64,000 nucleotides of DNA from Labilithrix sp. (GTDB taxonomy: Bacteria > Myxococcota_A > Polyangia > Polyangiales > Polyangiaceae). The position numbers and the translations under genes are program-made. The stretch covers positions 1,448,108-1,512,107 of the forward strand of contig JAHCIY010000002.1 in the NCBI GenBank assembly GCA_026128965.1, given 5' to 3'. Positions 29,176 through 36,547 of this stretch are shown here, piece by piece (positions within the stretch are counted from its first letter, which is position 1; every line of letters begins with the position of its first letter). Below the pieces are notes generated by a model that ran no database searches, was not told the origin of the DNA, and saw only the letters and a list, made by a program, of their open reading frames with translations.

Positions 29176-29814
29176 GTGGGCGTGATCGGGCGGCGATCGA
29201 ATCGGCCTCCTGCGCTCGTGGAGCCCACGGTGTGGAGCGCCGAGGCGCCGCGCGTGACGGCGGCGTGGATCTCGCGGCCGCGCGTCGGCGAGGTGGAGAG
29301 CGGCGACGATGTGATCGTGCTGGAGCGTCGCGACGCCGTGTTCCTCGTCGTCGTCGATGCGCTCGGGCATGGGCCGAACGCGGCGCGGGTCGCGCGGGCG
29401 GCGACGGAGTGGGTGCGCTCGACGACGGACGCGGCGACGGTGCTGGACATCTCCAATGGCCTCCATCGCGCGCTTCAGGGATCGCGCGGCGCGGCGGCGC
29501 TCGTGGTCGCGGCGTCCGCCGCCGGCGTGGAGGCATGCGGGGTCGGCAACGTCGATCTCCGCTCCGTCAGCGGGCGGCTCCCGTTCGTCCTTACGCCAGG
29601 TGTGCTCGGGGTGCGGCTGCGGAGCCCGCGATCGTGCCGCGTCGATGCGCCGGTCGCGGAGCGGTTCGTCATGTTTAGCGACGGAATCTCGGGGCGGTTC
29701 GACCTGAAAGCGCTCGCCGCCATGTCGCCCGGCGAAGCGGCGACGCACGTCTTCGCGAAGCATCGTCACTCGCACGACGACTCGACCGTCCTCGTCGCCG
29801 ACGTGGCGCTCTGA
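29176..29814 (+). CDS. PP2C/SpoIIE-type serine phosphatase (RsbX-like, no sensor domain)
   Basis: GDDVIVLERRDAVFLVVVDALGHGPNAA and the distal HDDSTVLVADV metal-binding Asp motifs typical of SpoIIE/RsbU-family phosphatases. The true start may lie downstream of 29176. Confidence 0.75.
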   Translation: MGVIGRRSNRPPALVEPTVWSAEAPRVTAAWISRPRVGEVESGDDVIVLERRDAVFLVVVDALGHGPNAARVARAATEWVRSTTDAATVLDISNGLHRALQGSRGAAALVVAASAAGVEACGVGNVDLRSVSGRLPFVLTPGVLGVRLRSPRSCRVDAPVAERFVMFSDGISGRFDLKALAAMSPGEAATHVFAKHRHSHDDSTVLVADVAL

Positions 29815-29841
29815 TTCGATCCGAGCAGAGGAGCGGAGAAG

Positions 29842-29909
29842 CCGAGCATGACCGCGAGCCGAGCATGACCGCGAGCCGAGCATGACCGCGAGCCGAGCAT
29901 GACCGCGCC
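29842..29909 (+). repeat. 17-bp x4 perfect tandem repeat (gccgagcatgaccgcga), each copy carrying an ATG; the last ATG is the start of the downstream gene
   Basis: ATGs at 29848, 29865, 29882 and 29899, exactly 17 nt apart. The first three are followed by an in-frame TGA (MTASRA*). The fourth opens the 157-aa ORF. Confidence 0.8.
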
Positions 29910-30372
29910 GCTGCCTGTCGCTTGCACCGTCGCCGACTTCGACGCCGTGCTCACCGCGCGCGCGCACGTGCGCTCGTTCGCGGGGGCGCTCGGGTTCGAT
30001 CGCGAGGTCGTGGAGGAGCTCGTCGTCGTCGTGTCGGAGCTCGCCTCGAACATCGTGAAGTACGGGCGGCGCGGTCGCATCGAGCTCACCGCGATCGATC
30101 GGCCGGAGGAAGGGATGCGCGGGATCGCGATCGCGGCCGAGGACGAGACCGCGCCCTTCGACCTCGCGGGGAGCCTCCGCGACGGCTACGACGCGCGCGG
30201 CAAGCTCGATCCCGCGAGCGTCTACGGCCGCGGCGGCATCGGCGCCGGGCTCGGCGCGGTCGCGCGCTTCAGCGACGGGCTCGATCTCGTCCCCCTCGCC
30301 GGCGGAGGAAAGCGCATCGTAGCGCGCCGCCTGCTCGGCCGGCCACGCCGCGGCTCGTCGCCGTCGTTCTGA
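29899..30372 (+). CDS. Anti-sigma-factor-type Ser/Thr protein kinase (HATPase_c_2; RsbW/RsbT/SpoIIAB-like)
   Basis: VVVVSELASNIVKYG (N-box-like E..NA..Y) and a Gly-rich ATP lid (GRGGIGAGLG). 157 aa. Confidence 0.8.
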   Translation: MTAPLPVACTVADFDAVLTARAHVRSFAGALGFDREVVEELVVVVSELASNIVKYGRRGRIELTAIDRPEEGMRGIAIAAEDETAPFDLAGSLRDGYDARGKLDPASVYGRGGIGAGLGAVARFSDGLDLVPLAGGGKRIVARRLLGRPRRGSSPSF

Positions 30373-30700
30373 AGCGGTCGCGCCGTCGCCGAAGGTGGCT
30401 GCAAGTTCGTCATCGCTCGGCCGACGGCGTCGCGGCTCGTAGCGCGCCGCCTGCTCAGCCGGCCAAGCCACGCGTCGTTCCGAAGCGGTGGCATCGCTCG
30501 TCGCGCTGCCGGTGCGGCCGCCGGCGGCTCGTCGCCATCGTCTGAAGGCGCGCCCCCGCCGCGTCGCGCGCCGCCGCCCGTCGCCTGCTCGGTACCGTCC
30601 GCGGCTCGTCGCGCTTGCTCGTCGGCTGCCGCTCGTCGCTGTAGTTGAAGCGGGTGCGTCGCGGCTCGTCGCGCGTCGTTCTGGAAGCGGTCGCGTCGCG
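30316..30700. repeat. Direct repeats duplicating the last ~55 bp of the upstream kinase gene, plus further partial copies
   Basis: gtagcgcgccgcctgctcggccggccacgccgcggctcgtcgccgtcgttctga (gene 3' end, 30316-30372) recurs at ~30437-30492 with few changes. Shorter ggcggctcgtcgc...gtcgttctg(a/g)aagcggtcgcg copies run to ~30700. Confidence 0.65.
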
Positions 30701-30727
30701 GCTTGTCGGCGATGGCGCGGGCTTGGG

Positions 30728-31369
30728 TCAGTCGTCGTCGGGGGAGAAGTAGCGGGTGATGTAGCGCTGGAGGGCGGTGCGCATCGTGCGGTGGGTGAGG
30801 ACGCCGCTGAGGTCGACGCCCATGTGGATGATGGTTTGCGCGATGGCCGGGTTGATGCCGGTGAGGAGGCACTCGGCGCCGAGGAGGCGGACCGCGCGTG
30901 CCATGCGGAGGAAGTGATCGGCGGTTCCGGTGTCCATGACCTGGATGCCGGTGATGTCGATGATCGCGCAGTCCGCTTTTTTCTCGACGATCGCGCTGAG
31001 GAGCGCCTCCGTCATCTCGGCGCTGCGGGTGCTGTCCAGCACGCCCACGACCGGGAGACAGAGGACGCCGGCCCAGACCTCGATGATCGGGGTCGACAGC
31101 TCGCGGATCGCCGCGCGCTGGATCTCGATCGTCGCGAGCTTCTCCTCGAGCTCCTTCTGGTACGTCGCGCTCCGCTCCTGCTCCTTCGCGAGCGAGCCGA
31201 TCATCTGGTTGATGCCCTCGTAGAGCGTCGAGAGCGGGTGGTTCTCGGGCAGGTTGCTCTTGAGGCGCGTCGAGTAATCACCGCTTCCCACGTCCGCGAC
31301 GACGATGAGGATGTCAGCGATTCGCTCGAGCATCAGCTCCGACAAGTTCTGGTCGACCGCCTCCGGCAT
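30728..31369 (-). CDS. STAS-domain protein with ~95-aa N-terminal coiled-coil extension (RsbR-like stressosome/partner-switching component)
   Basis: C-terminal STAS (SpoIIAA-like) fold: IIEVWAGVLCLPVVGVLDSTRSAEMTEALL....ADCAIIDITGIQVMDTGTADHFLR...LLGAECLLTGINPAIAQ. AAGGA 9 nt upstream of the ATG at 31369. Confidence 0.8.
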   Translation of the reverse strand: MPEAVDQNLSELMLERIADILIVVADVGSGDYSTRLKSNLPENHPLSTLYEGINQMIGSLAKEQERSATYQKELEEKLATIEIQRAAIRELSTPIIEVWAGVLCLPVVGVLDSTRSAEMTEALLSAIVEKKADCAIIDITGIQVMDTGTADHFLRMARAVRLLGAECLLTGINPAIAQTIIHMGVDLSGVLTHRTMRTALQRYITRYFSPDDD

Positions 31370-31437
31370 TCGTCAGGTCCTTTGCGTCCCGCGCACGATG
31401 GCACGGCATTTCGTGGAAGCAAACTATTCTCGGTAAG

Positions 31438-31872
31438 TCAGCGCGTCTCGCGCGGCGTTCGCGGCCGCGGCCGCTTGTTGGGGCCGCCCTTGGGCGCGTG
31501 CCCGTCGAGGCGGCCGATCCCGAGCGACTTGAACGCCGCCTCGAGCGTGAGCGCCGTCCGGACCACGCCCATGTCTATCCCCATCGTTTGGAGGGTGATC
31601 GCGACTTGCGCGTTCATCCCACAAATGATGCTGTCCGCGCCCATCAGCCGCGCGGAGGCGGCGAGGCGCGAGAGGACGGCGCAGAGGTGGCTGTCGACCA
31701 TCCAGATACCCGTGAGATCGATGATTAACCCTTCCGCCCCGGTATCCCGGATGGTGTCGAGCACCTGATCTACCAGCCGCTCGGCGATGTGGTCGCTCAC
31801 GTCCCCCTGGAGCGGGACGAGCACTTGGTTCCAGAGGTGGATCACCGGGAGGCGATCGAGGCTGTCCGTCAT
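31438..31872 (-). CDS. Single STAS-domain protein (RsbS/anti-sigma-factor-antagonist-like)
   Basis: Start at the internal ATG (MTDSLDRLPVIHLW). STAS signature VIHLWNQVLVPLQGDVSDHIAERL....LIIDLTGIWMVDSHLCAVLSRLA...GADSIICGMNAQVAITL. The longer track ORF upstream is Arg-rich and not protein-like. Confidence 0.8.
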   Translation of the reverse strand: MTDSLDRLPVIHLWNQVLVPLQGDVSDHIAERLVDQVLDTIRDTGAEGLIIDLTGIWMVDSHLCAVLSRLAASARLMGADSIICGMNAQVAITLQTMGIDMGVVRTALTLEAAFKSLGIGRLDGHAPKGGPNKRPRPRTPRETR

Positions 31873-31929
31873 CGCGGCCGAGATTCGCACGAGACGCCGT
31901 GTCCGTCGAGCCTCGGCGCTACATCTGTT

Positions 31930-32235
31930 ATGGGTGATTTCATGGAAATGCGGGAAAGCTTTCGCGCGCCCTTTCTGGAGATGGCGTGGCAACGCCACCG
32001 TCGCATCGCCCAGCTCCTGAGCGAGGCCGGCGGGGAGAGCACGGAGCTCCGCTCCGCGGCGTCGGAGCTGCATTGCCTCTCGGGCGAGGCGAGCATGCTC
32101 GCCTTCGACGGCGTGGCCGACGTCGCGCGCGACGCGGAGGCGGCGGCGCGCAAGGGGGACCGCGTGCGGCTCCGCAACCTCGTCGAGGAGCTGCGCTCGG
32201 AGATCGAGGCCGTCGCCGAGGAGCGCGCGCCGTGA
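31930..32235 (+). CDS. Hpt (histidine phosphotransfer) domain protein
   Basis: Internal ATG at 31930 (MGDFMEMRESF). Phosphoacceptor-like helix ELHCLSGEASMLAFDGVA (H.LKGSA...G pattern). Its stop overlaps the GTG start of the downstream CheB gene. Confidence 0.6.
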   Translation: MGDFMEMRESFRAPFLEMAWQRHRRIAQLLSEAGGESTELRSAASELHCLSGEASMLAFDGVADVARDAEAAARKGDRVRLRNLVEELRSEIEAVAEERAP

Positions 32236-33332
32236 CGATCCGCGTCGTCGTCGTCGACGACTCGTCGATCTCGCGGATGGTCCTCCGCCGCATCCTCGAG
32301 GCGGACGGCGACATCCAGGTCGTCGGGGAGGCGACGAACGGCTTCGAGGCGCTCCCGAAGATCCTCGAGCACAAGCCGAACCTCGTCACGATGGACATCG
32401 ACATGCCGGGCCCGAGCGGGCTCGAGACGATCGGCCGCGTCATGGGGACGAGCCCGGTGCCGATCCTCGTCGTGACCGCCGAGCGCCTCGGACCCGACAG
32501 CGACGTCGGCTTCCGCGCGATCCAGTCCGGCGCGCTCGACTTCATGGCGAAGCCGTCGATCGGCGACGAAGAGAGCATGAAGATGCTGCGCCAGCACGTC
32601 CGCGTCCTCGCCGACGTGCCGGTGTTCCTCCACATGGAAGAGCGGCACGACGCGTCGCGCACGATGCGCGCGGGCCCGATCGAAGAGCCGCCGCCGTTCT
32701 CGCTCATCGCGATCGCGGGCGGCACCGGCGCGCCGAAGTCGGTCGCGACGATCCTCGAGGCGATCCCGCCGGGAATCTCCGCGCCGATCGTGATCGTGCA
32801 GCAGATGCCGGCGAAGTTCGGGGCCGCGTTCGTGAAGTACCTCCAGGGCGCGACCGCGCTCCGCGTGCGCACCGTCTCGGCGACGCCGCACGACTGCATG
32901 CCGGGTGAGGTCATCGTCGGCGAGCCGGGAGCGCACGTGTACTTCCCGCGGCGCGGCGTCGTCGTCTCGCGCGAGGGCGCGCCGTACGCGGGGGCGCTGC
33001 CGTCGATGACGGTCATGTTCCGCTCGATCGCGGAGACCTACGGAAAAGACGCGGTCGGCGTGCTCCTCTCGGGAACGGGGACCGACGGCCTCGAGGGCCT
33101 CGCCGCGATGCGCGAGGCCGGCGCGCTCACGATCGCGGAGAGCCCCGACTCCGCGCCCGTCGCCGAGCTCCCCGCCGCCGCGCTCGCCTCGGGCGCCGCC
33201 ACGCGCGCGCTCCAGGCGCAGATGATCGCGAGCTCGCTCGTGAGCGCGATGACCGACGTCGGCAAGAAGACGACCGCGCCGCCGAGCAGCGACCCCGCGT
33301 TCGCCGCGGAGCTGGACGTGCGAATGCGCTGA
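32232..33332 (+). CDS. cheB: Chemotaxis-type protein-glutamate methylesterase/deamidase CheB (REC + CheB_methylest)
   Basis: GTG at 32232 (VTIRVVVVDDSSISR). Receiver Asp region (VTMDIDMPGPSG), then catalytic domain with IVIVQQMP, GTGTDGLEG and S/H/D triad context. The first ~80 aa of the track ORF 31986..33332 fall in a different, non-protein-like region. Confidence 0.9.
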   Translation: MTIRVVVVDDSSISRMVLRRILEADGDIQVVGEATNGFEALPKILEHKPNLVTMDIDMPGPSGLETIGRVMGTSPVPILVVTAERLGPDSDVGFRAIQSGALDFMAKPSIGDEESMKMLRQHVRVLADVPVFLHMEERHDASRTMRAGPIEEPPPFSLIAIAGGTGAPKSVATILEAIPPGISAPIVIVQQMPAKFGAAFVKYLQGATALRVRTVSATPHDCMPGEVIVGEPGAHVYFPRRGVVVSREGAPYAGALPSMTVMFRSIAETYGKDAVGVLLSGTGTDGLEGLAAMREAGALTIAESPDSAPVAELPAAALASGAATRALQAQMIASSLVSAMTDVGKKTTAPPSSDPAFAAELDVRMR

Positions 33333-33413
33333 CCGCGCCGCCGGTGCGGCCCGGCCTCGAAGGATGCTGCGCCGTGGGAGCGCGGGGCGGAGGCGCCGAG
33401 CAGCGGCCTCGCG

Positions 33414-33779
33414 CTATCCGGCCTCCGAGAAGAACGCGGCGAGGCGGGAGGCGAGGGTGGCGCCGTCCTTGGGGACCGAGCCGCGGGCGCCGATGCGGGA
33501 CGCGAGGGCGTCCACCTCGCAGGGGGGGCGATCCGAGAAGAGGACCACCGGGAGGCGCGCCGCGTGGCGGGAGACCACCTCGACCAGCGCGTCGTCCGTG
33601 ACGCCGGGGTAGCTCGCGTCGACGAGGAGCAAGTCGGGGGTTCCGCCGGCGACCGCATCATCGATTTTTCCAGGGTCTTCGACGCTGGCGACCTCGTGGC
33701 CCGCCGCGGCGAGGGCGTGGGCGACGACGGCCCGGACGAGGGCGCTGTCGTCGACGAGGAGGATCTTCCGGGGAGACAC
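33414..33779 (-). CDS. Single-domain response regulator (CheY-like)
   Basis: Start at GTG (VSPRKILLVDDSALVRAV...). DLLLVDASYPGV...LPVVLFSD receiver signature. Upstream in-frame sequence would overlap the divergent 33859 gene and is not protein-like. Confidence 0.7.
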   Translation of the reverse strand: MSPRKILLVDDSALVRAVVAHALAAAGHEVASVEDPGKIDDAVAGGTPDLLLVDASYPGVTDDALVEVVSRHAARLPVVLFSDRPPCEVDALASRIGARGSVPKDGATLASRLAAFFSEAG

Positions 33780-33858
33780 GAAGCGTGACGATAGTCGAAA
33801 TCTTGGATTTGGTTTTCGTGAGAATAGTGCAAAATCGGACCACCGCTGAGGCGGCGAG

Positions 33859-34260
33859 ATGGGGCCCGAGACGATCGACATCGCGATCAAGATGGAGGGG
33901 GACATCGTGCGCGCCCGCGGGGCGGGGCGCGAGATGTGTCGCGAGCTCGGGCTCAGCGAGATCAACCAGGTCAAGGTCGCGACCGCGATCTCCGAGCTCG
34001 CGCGCAACATCTTCCACTACGCGCAGACCGGGAACATCCACCTCCGGAAGCTCGCGTCGCCGCGCCCCGGCATCGAGATCGTCGCGACCGACCGCGGCCC
34101 CGGCATCTCCGATCTGAAGCTCGTCCTGAGCGGCACGTACCAGTCGCGCACCGGGATGGGGAAGGGCCTCCTCGGCGCCCGCCGGCTCGTCGACTTCTTC
34201 GAGGTCGACACCGGCCCGGAGAAGGGCACGCGCGTCGTCCTCCGCAAGTACGCGCGGTGA
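33859..34260 (+). CDS. Anti-sigma-factor-type Ser/Thr kinase (RsbT-like switch kinase)
   Basis: KVATAISELARNIFHYA plus Gly-rich GMGKGLLGARRL ATP-lid. 133 aa. Followed 4 nt later by the GAF-PP2C gene. Confidence 0.8.
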   Translation: MGPETIDIAIKMEGDIVRARGAGREMCRELGLSEINQVKVATAISELARNIFHYAQTGNIHLRKLASPRPGIEIVATDRGPGISDLKLVLSGTYQSRTGMGKGLLGARRLVDFFEVDTGPEKGTRVVLRKYAR

Positions 34261-34264
34261 CGGC

Positions 34265-35560
34265 GTGAACGGGGAGATCCAACAACACCTCGACCGCCTG
34301 CGCGCCTTCGGCGGGCTCCGCCGCGAGCTGCGCGTGCTCGAGGACCTGGAAGGGATCGCGCGCGTGGCCCTCCGCTTCGCGGTCGACGTGCTCGGCTGCG
34401 CGCGCGCCGCGCTGTATTGCGCCGAGAAAGAGGACGGCGACTACGTCCGCCTCGCCGTCACCGACGAGACGCGCGCGACGCCGGCGTCGATCGAGCGCTC
34501 GTCCCCGCTCGGACAGGCGCTCGCGGACGCGGTGTGGACGACCGCCGATCCGATCGTGACCGCGTTCGGGGAAGGGGAGCCGATGGCCGCCGCCGTCGCG
34601 CTCCGCGGCTCGGCGGGGCAGCCGCTCGGCGCGCTCCTCGTCGCCGGCGCGCGCCTCGACGAGGAGCTCCTCGGCGAGCTCGCCTTCGACGTCGAGAGCG
34701 TCCTCGCGGTGCGCCTCATCGCGCAGCTCCGCGCGGAGGAGCTCGCGGTGCTCGAGATCCAGGAGCGCGAGCTCGTCGGCCTCTTGCGCGACGTCGAGGC
34801 GCGCGACGAGATCATCCAGCGCGATCTCGAAGAAGCGCGCCGCTTCCAGCGCCAGATGCTGGGGACGCCGCCGCGGATCGCGGGGGCGGCGGTCGAGGTC
34901 GTGTACACGCCGCTCGGCCTCGTCGGCGGCGACCTCTACGCCGTGTCGGCGGAGGACCGTCGCGTGCGCATGTTCGTCGCCGACGCGACGGGGCACGGCG
35001 TCCGCGCGTCGCTCACGACGATGTTCATCAAGAGCGGCTACGAGGCGGTCCGCCGCTCGGCGCCGGATCCGGCCTCGCTCCTCGCCGCGCTGAACGAGAC
35101 GATCGCCCACACCTACCGCAGCGCGGAGATGCTCTTCTCCGCGGTGTGCGTCGATCTCGACCTCGACACCGGGCGCCTGTGGATCGCGTCCGCCGCGCAC
35201 CCGCCCGCATGCATCGTCCGCGCCGGCGCGCCGGTCCTCCTCGAGGCCGGCGGCGCGTTCCTCGGGCTCCGGCCCGGCATGAAGTTTGGCCTCCACGAGG
35301 ATCGGATCGCGCCGGGAGATGGGGTCTACCTCTATACCGATGGATTCGTCGAAGCTCGAAAGGGGCAGGAGCAGTTCGGCGACGAGCGCTTCCAGGCCGC
35401 GATCGTGGACGCGCACGTCCGCGGAGAGAAGGCCGGCGCCGCGGTGCTGGCCGCGGTGACGGAGTTCCTCGCCGGTGGTGCGCTCGAGGACGACGGCACC
35501 TTCGTCGGCCTGCGTTTCGGGGTGGAGGACGACAGTGTGCCGAGCGTCCGGAGCGTCTGA
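34265..35560 (+). CDS. GAF-domain PP2C/SpoIIE-type serine phosphatase (RsbU/RsbP-like)
   Basis: GTG start. N-terminal GAF-like region, then GGDLYAV...RMFVADATGHGVRASL...YLYTDGFVEAR...DD.T phosphatase motifs. Confidence 0.85.
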   Translation: MNGEIQQHLDRLRAFGGLRRELRVLEDLEGIARVALRFAVDVLGCARAALYCAEKEDGDYVRLAVTDETRATPASIERSSPLGQALADAVWTTADPIVTAFGEGEPMAAAVALRGSAGQPLGALLVAGARLDEELLGELAFDVESVLAVRLIAQLRAEELAVLEIQERELVGLLRDVEARDEIIQRDLEEARRFQRQMLGTPPRIAGAAVEVVYTPLGLVGGDLYAVSAEDRRVRMFVADATGHGVRASLTTMFIKSGYEAVRRSAPDPASLLAALNETIAHTYRSAEMLFSAVCVDLDLDTGRLWIASAAHPPACIVRAGAPVLLEAGGAFLGLRPGMKFGLHEDRIAPGDGVYLYTDGFVEARKGQEQFGDERFQAAIVDAHVRGEKAGAAVLAAVTEFLAGGALEDDGTFVGLRFGVEDDSVPSVRSV

Positions 35561-35636
35561 GGTGAAATCGTCGAACCAGACGGATTCGTGCGATCGTGTT
35601 GCAGCGGCCGACACGCCGAGTAAGATCGCTGGGCCG

Positions 35637-36155
35637 ATGTCGACGCACGACGATCAGTCGCTCTTCGAGCTGCGCTTCCGGCCGACGGTGGCCCTCGCGT
35701 CGACGGTGCGTCGCTTCGTCGCGGAGTTCTACCGCGAGCTCCTCTCCGACGCCGACGTGAGCCACCGCCTCGCGATGGCGACGCACGAGATGCTCGAGAA
35801 CGCGGTCCACTACTCGATCGATCAGCGCTCCGAGCTCGTCATCTCCGCGCGCCGCGTCGAGGGCGAGCTCGTCGTCGCGATCCGGACGAAGAACCGCGCG
35901 ACGACGGAGCGCCTCGAGAAGGTGCGCCTCCACCTCGACGAGGTGCTCGGCGCGTCCGACGCCTCGGCGATGTACACCCGGCTCATGCATCGCGCCGCGA
36001 AGCGCACCGACGGCGGCAGCGGCCTCGGGCTCGGTCGCATCCGCGCGGAGGCCGACCTCGCGCTCTCGTACGCGATCGACGGCGACACGATCGCCGTCAC
36101 CGCCGAAGGGCATTTCCCACGCGCAGAAGGCGCGCTGCTGACAGGGGCCCCATGA
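35637..36155 (+). CDS. HATPase_c_2-like protein kinase (partner-switch kinase, SiaB/RsbW-like; tentative)
   Basis: Internal ATG at 35637 (MSTHDDQSLF). LAMATHEMLENAVHYS resembles the E..NA..H N-box of anti-sigma kinases. Gly-rich DGGSGLGLGRIR follows. Its stop overlaps the next start (ATGA). Confidence 0.6.
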   Translation: MSTHDDQSLFELRFRPTVALASTVRRFVAEFYRELLSDADVSHRLAMATHEMLENAVHYSIDQRSELVISARRVEGELVVAIRTKNRATTERLEKVRLHLDEVLGASDASAMYTRLMHRAAKRTDGGSGLGLGRIRAEADLALSYAIDGDTIAVTAEGHFPRAEGALLTGAP

Positions 36156-36547
36156 TCGACATCCCGAACATCGACGCGAACGATCTCCGTGCGGCCCCGA
36201 CCTTCACCGACGGGCAGCTCTCGGTCGTGTTCGCGGGCAGCGCCGACTCGCGCTCGCAGGACGCGATCCAGGAGCTGCTCCGTCGCGTCCACGCCGAGGC
36301 GATGCGCCTCCAGCTGCCCGAGGTCGCGATCGACTTCCGCGACTGCGACTTCGTGAACTCGTCGTGCTTCAAGGCGTTCGTCGTCTGGCTCGAGCAGATC
36401 CAGGAGCTCGACGAGAACCAGCAGTACCGCCTCCGCTTCTTCTCCGACGACACGAAGGCCTGGCAGAGGCGGAGCCTCCAAGCGCTCTCGTGCTTTGCGA
36501 TCGAGCTCGTTCATATCGAGTCGAAAGCCCGTCGTGTCGGCAGCTGA
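36152..36547 (+). CDS. Small acidic protein resembling STAS/DUF1987 (SiaC-like) phosphorylatable partner-switch proteins (tentative)
   Basis: 131 aa. Pattern LSVVFAGSADSRS...EVAIDFRDCDFVNSSCFKAFVVWLEQIQ recalls the phospho-Ser/Thr loop plus beta-strand of antagonist-type folds. Family call is from memory only. Confidence 0.5.
   Translation: MIDIPNIDANDLRAAPTFTDGQLSVVFAGSADSRSQDAIQELLRRVHAEAMRLQLPEVAIDFRDCDFVNSSCFKAFVVWLEQIQELDENQQYRLRFFSDDTKAWQRRSLQALSCFAIELVHIESKARRVGS

Noticed and set aside
31391-31414. Sigma-54-like TGGCAC element (gatggcacggcatttcgtgg)
   Set aside because: The -12 element would be TTCG rather than TTGC, and on this strand it would drive transcription antisense to the STAS gene. 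Treated as chance
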